DNA of 60,129 nt, counting the filler, from Circinaria calcarea (taxonomy: Eukaryota), in assembly GCA_051942165.1 (NCBI GenBank). It is 6 parts of 6 records of this genome, joined end to end, with 100 filler letters (N's around TTAATTAATTAA, not from the genome) between each part and the next. Parts side by side here need not be neighbours in the genome. Positions count along the whole stretch, not along the records: positions 50,210 to 60,129 come from JAVECS010000870.1; 5 more parts are not named here. One strand, given 5' to 3'. The position numbers and the translations under genes are program-made. Shown here piece by piece: positions 51,400-60,129 of this stretch. A model generated the notes under the pieces. It did no database searches. It saw nothing but the letters and a program-made list of their open reading frames with translations, and was not told the DNA's origin. Each line of letters begins with the position of its first letter. Within the stretch, counting starts at the first letter, position 1.

Positions 51400-51790
51400 T
51401 ACTTTTATCGGAGGTTAATCCGTTTACCGTATTAAATTACTTACCTCGCCTAAAAAAAAACCTCAATAACTAAATATCAAATTACCCGCGGTAATTAATA
51501 GAATTGTCAAAACGGTATGCACCCGGTCTGGGTGCTTTAGGCCAATACTCTTTTAATAATAGGGTTTACTTTATGGTACCCCCGGCGTTGGGGTATAAAT
51601 TTGCAACTCCGGGTATAAAACCGCATATTTCGGGGAAAGAAAACTATTATACTATATACGCGAATTCGGGACCAGAACACAGATTAGCCCATATTTAATA
51701 GCGTAATCCAATACTCGACCAAAATTAATAAAAAACAGTTCGGATCTAGGCACCGATAAAGAGAGGAAAGTTTATGTGTAATATTAAATA
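51400..51790. repeat. AT-rich, TpA-enriched segment, probable RIP relic
   Basis: Local drop in GC with many TAA/TTA/TATA and few CA/TG dinucleotides by eye; no intact ORF. Confidence 0.45.
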
Positions 51791-51907
51791 CTTCGATTTT
51801 CAGCCTTTGCTATAAGTGCGTTCGAAATGTACACAATCTGCGGTTTTACCTGCCCAATCGCTATAGCTCTCTCGATCTGCCACGCATTATGCCCTTCGGT
51901 GCCGGAT

Positions 51908-53107
51908 TTAAACAGTGGACTCCGCCCAGCCGTCGTCCGCAGATCTTTCATGAGCCCCACTTTCCATAGGATAACCAGCTGTTCCGGATTTTCCATTTAT
52001 GAGTGTGTTCATCCCCGTTAAGGTTGCTGAAGGTATCGTAGGGAGTTCCCCGACGATGTTTCCTCTGCCCGCTGAGCACTTTTTGCGCTTCCAAAGACTC
52101 TCCCCCGGAGAATACCAACGGTTCTTCTTTCTTCGGGAGCGTTCTGTAGCGATTGCAGAACGGAACGCGATGAAAGAAATCGTAATGACTGAGATACAGC
52201 TTTCGACCTGGTGCCATAGGACTGCCCAAACAATGTCTACGGTGGTTGTTGAGTCAATGTGGATACCAGACATTCTGACTGCCGCGACGATGATCATAAC
52301 AAAGCTCAGGCATAGGAATAGTGCTAAGCTGAGCTTTTGACGGCGCTTTAAATTAGCATTCCATAAAAGCCAGACGGGTATTGCCATTACTACTGCGCTT
52401 AGCAACTTGTATTGAGACGGAAAAGGTATACCATACTCAAAAGATCTGTTACTATGTCCAGGGATATGGTGAGGTAGCTTAGTGCCTCTGCCTTGGGTAT
52501 GGAGCAGCTAACTTTGGGAATCACTTAGTCGACGTTCCATAAGGTGACGGTAGGCTACTTACGAGCAGAAAGGCCAAACCGGGGACATGCTATGAACTCT
52601 GCCGCGACGCATGGCACAAAGGCAGCTGCAGTAGTCGCCACAACGATCTTCCAATAAGTCATTATGCCTTGTACTCGACTAATCAATACTTTGAAAAAGG
52701 AGAGAAAAGAGGCTTTGATAGAAAATATTGTCACCCATCCCAGGGTCAGGTAGATGTAAGCACCCTTCTGATACCAGTCAACCTGTTGCAGGAAATCCGG
52801 GGAGATCTCCATCGAAGAAGGATCCAGAAGGAAGATTTGCACCGCATAAATGGTGGAAAATGATAAGTAAAGCAGTATAGTCGCAGATGTGAGACAAATC
52901 GCAGCAAATATGACAAAGATATCGTCCAGAGAGAGCCTGCGATTCTGATGCCATCGAATGCCGGTCCGTGCTACTGCAGTAATGATTGCTAGGCCGTAGA
53001 GAAGTCCGGGAACGACCTTCTGGCGTTAGCTCCCTCTGGTTGTCATAGGCATTAAATAAACTCACCTTAATTGTAGTCTTTGTAACTCGAAGTTCTTGCC
53101 CTGCCAT
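51908..53107 (-). CDS. PTH11-like (rhodopsin-domain) integral membrane protein without CFEM, 4 exons
   Basis: LAIITAVARTGIRW..LSLDDIFVIFA, WVTIFSIKASFLSFF, LDIVTDLL|..AIPVWLLWNANL..QKLSL..LCLS..AAVR, W.QVESCISVI. Confidence 0.85.
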
Positions 53108-54660
53108 TTTTCAAGACTTAATTTTTCTAGGCAGAATAGGATAGTTAAATAATGAAGCCGAATGCCAGCACCGAGGTTGTTAAATAATTAGTGCGAAGCC
53201 TCAGCCTGACAGACATGATTGAATGCATATATGCCCGTCGCTATACGACCAGTCATTTGTTACAATAATCCAATCGTGCTTCAAGCATTGTCACATGGAA
53301 TATTCTCGAGGTTCACCAGGCTTCGTTGTAGCGTTCATTTCTGAACTCGCCCGATGCACCAACGAGGCTTTGAAGGCCCAGGCAGTGAAACGTCTTTTTT
53401 CGCTATGTCGAAACCCGAAATAGTTAGATAAAAGAGGCGCAATCCGAGAGGCAGGGCAAAGGACAGTGTCAGATGACACTGTGGAGAAGGGGCACGGAAT
53501 ATTGCAGATTGCAGTTTTCGAAATAGTAAAAGTGTGCATTGGCTTGCATAAAGGAAGCCTTGTGAGCTTTTTCTCATCGGCGTGATTGAGAGCTGCGCCA
53601 GAGCACCATGCCCTGATGTATAACCAATTATCGTGTATATATTAATGACACACTGCGAAAGTATGTTTGAAACACTGCTAAGGCCTCTTAACATGGCTAA
53701 TTATAGCGTTGAATAGCTTATATGATTGGCACAAACATAGCCACAAGTTTTGGTCTGCGGGAGGGGAAGCATTGCCGAAAACGTACACGACGCCAATCGG
53801 AGGGCGTGCATGGATGAGAGCAAAGTTGAGGCGTGCTCGAGGCATGCTTGAGGCGTGCTTGACGTGCTTATAAACGGGTATTCAGAAGCATCTATGATTG
53901 CATACATTGTGGAGCAGCAAAACTTGGTGGGCGCATATGGTAAGCAAAACGGCAGGTATGAACAGCATAGAGACCCGAAACCTAGCTGCATGGTGGCATG
54001 TAAAGAGGACCCCAAATTCGGGTGAGATATATGCGATAATAAGTAGAGGGAAGCCTCATCATGACACACCATAATAAACAACTGGTGCCTAAATCTGGCC
54101 TACAGCTCAGCTTAAGCATTGGGTCAAGAATTTATTAGGATTCACATTAAAAGCTTGATCTGAGGCGTTAATGTTGCCGTTGTCTTTTCCTTGCCAACCC
54201 AGAACTTATTCCTTTGGCTGCCACGCTGGTAGAGCAGCAGAAAACTACCACATTGTCGCATCATCCCAAGTCGCTATGTATGACTACGCCTCGTAGTCTC
54301 CTGCCGATCATCTCAAATAAGGCAAGGAATAATCATCAGCTATCTCTATATGGGGAGCCGAATATTGCTTTGGTCCACCGCATCAATAGTACATACGTGA
54401 GGCGACCAATAACTTTTACTTCCACCTGTAGTCTTCGCTTGTACGTGCTTACATTCCGTGCTTTGGCCGTGGTAACATGTAACATATCGGAAGACTTTCC
54501 GATAACTGGCATAAAACTTTCGGGTGCCCCTTAGGGATCCCAGCAGTAAAACCATATTTGGGAGTTATATACATTTTGATCCTCATCCCAGGCATGCTTT
54601 ACTGTCCGAAACGACCCCTCGAATATTACTTCCGGATCGTGATCAAAAGATACCGGTGAT

Positions 54661-56537
54661 ATGGCCATGAAAATACAACCATCTCGCTCCTACTCAGACC
54701 TCTTGTTGCCTTCAGCATTATGGCAAAGCCGTTGGCAGCACCCGATCATAGTGGTGCTTACAGCAATTTGTGTATCATGTATAGTAACACGCCTGGTCAC
54801 GTCTCTCAGATTCGAAAAAGCATGTCGAAGTAAGGCGGATGCGAAAACAGCGCCAACCCTTTCTTATTCAATCCCTATCGCTGGTCATGCCTTCTCCATG
54901 GGCTTGGATATCGTTGGGTTCAACTTCTATATTGCGTCCGTCATCTCTTGCGGCCCAAGGTAACCTATGTCGCAAAGCTGACTGAGAAAAGGGAGCGGTT
55001 CCGGGCATTTCCTATTCGAATACGAGTCTTCATGACCGACATCTACATCATCACAGGTCCCGATTGGATCAATTCAATCTGGAAACAGTCGCAGCTTCTG
55101 CGTAACGAAGTCTACCGCCGCCTCGTTGTGTACAATATGTTCGGCATGCCTGGCGATGCCGCAGCATTTTACCTCAACGACGACTCGGGAATCCACACCA
55201 CTCCATCCCCTCATTCCAGAGTTGATCCCAACCACCGGGTCAAATATCTCACACATCTTTCACTAACAAAGTTCCTTACTGGCTCTGGCCTAAAGCCATT
55301 TGCCGAGGACTTTGCTGCAAACCTGACCGAGCAGTTCATCGCCCGAAACGAGGTGACCACTGAGTGGAGCGATCTGCCAGACCTTTTCACCTTCATGCGA
55401 GATGAACTTTTCAAGGCGACCACAAAGGCAATCTGTGGAGAACATTTGTTTACCCTTAACCGCACATTTTGCCAAGATTTTTGGGAGTTTGACAAAGGCA
55501 TACCAACTCTGGCGAAGCGCTTTCCACGTTGGATAGCGCCATCGGCCTATGCAGCACGTGACAAGTGCCTGGAGAGCGTCATGGTTTGGCACAAATTCAT
55601 CCAAGAGAATTTTCAAAATAAAAGCTCGATTCAGAACCCCGAAGAGATCGGCAGGATTGCTGGCACGGAGTTTATGAAGTCTAGGCAAGAAATGTGGTCG
55701 AAAATGGAACGGATGAGCGCTGAGGGAATGGCTTCCGAAGATCTTGGGGTCATTTGGGGGTAAGTGTGCAATTCTCCAAGGCTTTACTGTGGAAAGAGTA
55801 GGAGTGGAGCGACTAACTATTCTCCTAGGGCAAACGGTAACTCAATCCCATCGGCCTTCTGGCTAGTCCTAGAAGTCTTCCGGGATGCTTCCCTTCTTTC
55901 AAGTGTGCGGCAAGAAACGGCAAGCTGCCTCGTTGCATCCCAATCCAGTTACCCTAGATTCGACCTTGCTAGTCTTTGCTCGAAGCCGCTTTTGCAGTCG
56001 ATTTACACAGAGGCGTTGCGCCTCTACGTCTCAACGTCCATGATCCGCAGCCCAGAGGGCACGGATCTGAGACTCGGAGAATGGATCATACCAAAGGGAG
56101 CGCTGATTATGATTCCTAGCTTCGTTGTACATCGAAATCAGGCGCTCTGGAGTACTGGCCCGGACGGATCCCGAGCCGTAGAGACGTTCTGGGCCGAGCG
56201 TTTCCTCAAGTACCCTGGCTCTTCACAGCAAAGCACGACTCGAAAGCCCCAGGCTGCCGACCGAGGCAAAGCCTACCTTCTCGATTCCCCAACATTCTCA
56301 TCTGAAGGTCTCTCGGGCTGTTTCATGCCATATGGTGGCGGCCAGGGGATGTGCCCGGGCCGTCATTTTGCAAAGCAGGAAATCATCTCTACACTCGCCA
56401 CTATGGTGACCCTTTTCGACATCGAGATCCTCGAGCAAGACACACGAAGAGTGAAACCGGACCTAGCGGGCTTCGGGTTTGGGGCGCTGAAACCAAAAGG
56501 GAAAGTCGCCGCGAGGATTCGGCGGAGGAAAACGTGA
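54661..56537 (+). CDS. Cytochrome P450, CYP7/CYP8-like fungal group, 3 exons
   Basis: N-terminal TM and Pro hinge (PTLSYSIPIAGHA), I-helix IWG|ANGNSIPSAFW, EALR, AERF, heme motif PYGGGQGMCPGRHFA. Confidence 0.93.
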
Positions 56538-57147
56538 TTCCGTGCGCATCTGCACGGCTTATAATCAGAATCCGTGTGTTGAGCATATACATCTACGAGT
56601 ATTCGTACGCTCTTAGCAGTTACATCAGTTCTTGACGGATGCGTAGTTGAGGAACGTGCATGTCAGTTCCTGCATGTCGCTGAGGAGTTGTCGGCTGAAA
56701 CTCTATGGTGGGACTGATGGTCAGTAGTAGAATGATAGCCTAGCCAAATTGAAGACAACCGAGAGGGGTTTGAGGGTGGCTTTTAGGTTCCTGAAAAGGC
56801 GATTGCCCCCGGCGGACATGAGTTCGAATAGTGCCTTTTTCAGCACATGTGTCAAAAATGCAAATCGGCTTTATCCTGGTCGGAAATTTTTGAACGGGGG
56901 TACGAAAGGTTGGATAAAGTAAAAAGGCGTGGGCGGTTGGGCTATTATTATAGCCTGTGTTGGCCGGGGTCAATGAATACGAAGATCAAGACAACCGGTT
57001 GATCATCCTCCCACTCCTCATTAGGTATTCCAATGACGGTTTCATTTGGAAGGTAGTATCTTCCGATACTTAGCTCGTTGTACCGTTTGATATCAACAGA
57101 GACTTCCGAGGAGTAGTACCTGTCGAGCGAGATCATCCCATGTATGT

Positions 57148-58015
57148 TCATCCATAAAAGTTGGTGCACCTTCCTTCATCATGGGCAGTCTTGCAAGCAA
57201 GCCCGCATACCTTTGCGCCACACTTCATACATTTCACCCTACCCCAGTAGCCACAAATCTCACAAAAGTGTCTCTGAGGTCTCCCAGACGTTGAAGGTCC
57301 AACACGAGCAGCATTGTAAGATAAGGCAGGTGCGTTTATCAAAGCTTCCATCAGAGCAGCAGAAGGTGCAGAAGGAACCGAAGACTGAAGGAGTCTAGCA
57401 TCCCCAAGAACAGGATCTTTGAGTCCTGGACTTGGTAACTCGGTCTGTGGTCCGTCTAAAACTACAGCGGCGGGTTGGTTAGAAGTACTTGGTGTCTGAG
57501 ATGTGGCGGGGGATGACGAGGCTAGGCTCTGGATAGACGACGCTCGCTGCAAATTTGTCGTTGACGAACGATGCCTTATTGCCTGAGGCGCATGCTGTTC
57601 CTGAGCTGCAAGTGCCTCTTCATCGGCAATGTAGTTTGCGAACGTTTTCTGAGCCAGTAGTATTTTTCGGGTAGCTGGTGTTTTCCCTTTGGATACTACG
57701 GACTATCATCAGACAGTATTCATTGTACGTCTAGCCAGTGTGATTACCTCGTCCGCCTCCATCTCTGACTCGCGCCGGCAGCGAAATCTGTACATCTTTG
57801 TGGTTGTCCTTATCAAGATCCCCCAAGCGCTTCAGCAGGGCATTGTTCTGTTTCACCGTGGTATCCCCTCCCGCAAGCCCAGTTATTCGCGCATTTCGCT
57901 TTCGTGCCGTAGGTTGGATGGGAGCTTTGGAAGGATCGTATCCGGTGTCAGGAACGTAGGCCCATCCAGGAGCGGATACTGAAGAAGAGTTTGGTAACAC
58001 TTCGATTGATGGCAT
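57148..58015 (-). CDS. VPS71: SWR1 complex zf-HIT subunit (Vps71/Swc6), 2 exons
   Basis: APGWAYVPDTG, LGDLDKDNHKD, KTPATRKILLAQKTFANY, C-terminal FCEICGYWG..CMKCG..CGLAC..H...C. Confidence 0.85.
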
Positions 58016-58490
58016 TGTGATCAGGAGAGCATCCAGCCAGGAGTCAACACAATCGGCTTATAATGCACGGCAAGATGCAGCTAGACGCCGGGTAAGGCTG
58101 AGAGTAGTGGACACTTTGGTTGGGTACCTTGTGCTGCCGTCTTCAGTACATACTTAACACCATGTCCATCAGTCACGATGGGACATCAGACACGAGGTCT
58201 CTGTCCGTCAGCACAACAGTAATTCCAATCAAATACTGCCAAGACGCCGAGGTTTACTCCACCTCGGGGAAGAGAAGCCATCGCGACTCCCAATCCCGAC
58301 CTCTTCCCACTTCTCCGGTACCATAGCTCTCCTACCTCGCGTGCTCGCATTGTGACGTGATATTAATAAGCAAAAGCATCCCCTTCCATTCTTCTAGAAA
58401 TCTTTTTTGGACCACAAAATCGAGCATTGGTGCATTTCGTTTCCGCCGAGAGTTCATTGATCATAAGACTGAAATAGATCAATGATCCAT

Positions 58491-58513
58491 CCGCATCTTC
58501 CCGATATCCCCCG
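58491..58513. promoter_or_regulatory. Tandem AOX induction motifs CCG-N7-CCG-N7-CCG (AOD2/AOD5, AcuK/AcuM-type site)
   Basis: CCGcatcttcCCGatatcccCCG about 300 bp upstream of the AOX ATG. Confidence 0.75.
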
Positions 58514-58815
58514 GTTACTTCCTACACCGGAAAGCAACCCTCTCGATGCGGCGCCTTCAGCTGACTCATCTTACGTTGGGGCTTCACATGATTCGCCGCA
58601 GCTTCGTGATTCCATAGGTGTGTTATTGGTTATTCCGCCACGGTTCCGTGCACCTTAGGCATATATTTGTGACTCTCTCACTACCATATTCCCTCTCCTC
58701 ACATACTCATCACACAGCAGTAGCTACGAGAACAGCATAATTGACATCGAGACTCATTGGACACTTATCATCCACATCTCTCCTCATACATTATTTTGGC
58801 AAACCTCCTGTCTGG

Positions 58816-60043
58816 ATGTACGCACCTATCAAAGCACCGCTGACAGGCAAGGCTGCTGCCACGAAGCTATCACAAGCAGCACATAGTTTCTGCTATGGCT
58901 CCAAACCTTCCGCATTCGTCCCCAGTGTAAGCTGTTTACACACAAGGCAACGGAATGCTATATCGAAAAGACACTTCACTTCGACCGCACGAACACAGCT
59001 GAAGGAGTACTTTCCTCCTCCGGCAGATGCTCCGAATATCAAACTTACAGGCCCAGCGTGGCATCATCCTGTGTACGCTCTCACTGTCCCAGCACTCGGA
59101 AGTGTTCCTCTCTCATTCATTCTCTTTGCTGACGGTGTCTGTGTTCAAAAAGCTACACCGAGAACCAACTAAAAGCCATTCAAGTTGCCCATCGAGAGTG
59201 CAAAACTTGGTCAGACTATGTCGCGCTTGGCCTAGTACGTTTGTTCCGATGGGGTATGGACACGGCAACCTTCTACCGCCACGACAAGGCCGTAGTCAAA
59301 GCCGTTCAAGATGATCCGAAGCCAGCCAACCAGCAAGCCTGGTTCGCCATGAACGAACGGAAATGGCTCATCAGATTCGTCTTCCTAGAAAGCGTGGCAG
59401 GCGTCCCAGGCATGGTAGCAGGCATGCTTCGCCACCTCCACAGTCTTCGGCGAATGAAACGTGATAATGGCTGGTGAGTTTCCCCTCCCCTAGTCAACCC
59501 ACCACCTCCTAACCCGGTCTTCCCCCACACAGGATCGAAACCCTCCTCGAAGAAGCTTACAACGAACGCATGCACCTCCTTACCTTCCTCAAAATGGCCT
59601 CCCCAGGCCCCTTTATGCGCCTGATGATCCTCGGCGCCCAGGGCGTCTTTTTCAACGGCATGTTCCTCTCCTACCTCGTTTCCCCGCGCACCTGCCACCG
59701 CTTCGTCGGCTACCTCGAGGAGCAGGCCGTCCTCACCTACACGCTCGCCATCGCCGACATCGACGCCGGCAAGCTGCCCAAGTGGAAGAACCTCGAGGCC
59801 CCCGAGATTGCCGTCCGCTACTGGAACATGCCCGAGGGCAAGCGCAGCATGCGCGATTTGCTGCTGTACATCAGAGCGGACGAGGCCAAGCACCGCGAGG
59901 TTAACCATACGTTGGGCAACCTGGACCAGAAGGCGGATCCGAATCCGTTTGTGAGCGAGTACAAGGATCCGGCGAAGCCGCACCCGAGCAAGGGGATTGA
60001 GAATCTTCGGAGCGTGGGCTGGGAGCGGCAGGAGGTCATTTGA
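58816..60043 (+). CDS. aox: Mitochondrial alternative oxidase, 3 exons
   Basis: Presequence, [62 protein letters not shown] (di-iron ligands). Introns 59073-59152 and about 59474-59532. Confidence 0.97.
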
Positions 60044-60129
60044 ACGAGAAAGGTTTTTTTGGTTGATATTTGTAAAAGCTCGGTTTGGGGGATGACAAAG
60101 GCGTTGTAAAGGAACAAGGAGCCATGGGG

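Noticed and set aside
20120..56537. Secondary-metabolite cluster (FAD oxidase, esterase, ADSL, P450, PTH11-like)
   Set aside because: These genes are on four separate contigs, and no PKS, NRPS or terpene synthase is present.
59306..59983. 225-aa minus-strand ORF
   Set aside because: Antisense shadow of GC3-rich AOX exons.

Overview
Eukaryotic DNA from a filamentous ascomycete (Pezizomycotina), with intron-containing genes (GT..AG, CTRAC branch sites). The window is not one locus. It is six ~9.9-kb contigs (9980, 9939, 9938, 9931, 9921 and 9920 bp, in descending size) joined by identical artificial 100-nt linkers (N44-TTAATTAATTAA-N44), so adjacency across gaps has no biological meaning. Contig 1: KES1/OSH4-type oxysterol-binding protein, phosphoglucomutase, oligoribonuclease, a Gfo/Idh/MocA oxidoreductase and a protein with an apparently dead restriction-endonuclease-like domain. 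Contig 2: a Bni4/Phactr-like PP1 regulator and a modin-like protein. Contig 3: an FAD lactone-oxidase-like gene, RFC2, a small KP4 killer-toxin island (one intact gene, one pseudogene, one disrupted gene between them) and DSC4. Contig 4: an AspE-type septin, a Vps62-like protein, a carboxylesterase and an orphan gene with an upstream direct repeat. Contig 5: adenylosuccinate lyase, CMC2, an F-box-like gene with a decayed convergent paralog, UTP23 and orphan membrane proteins. Contig 6: the 3' end of a Wss1/WLM-family gene interrupted by one TAG, a PTH11-like receptor, a CYP7-like P450, VPS71/SWC6, and alternative oxidase with a triple CCG-N7-CCG motif upstream. No rRNA, convincing tRNA, intact transposon or CRISPR array was seen. 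Family assignments rest on motif recognition, not on database searches.
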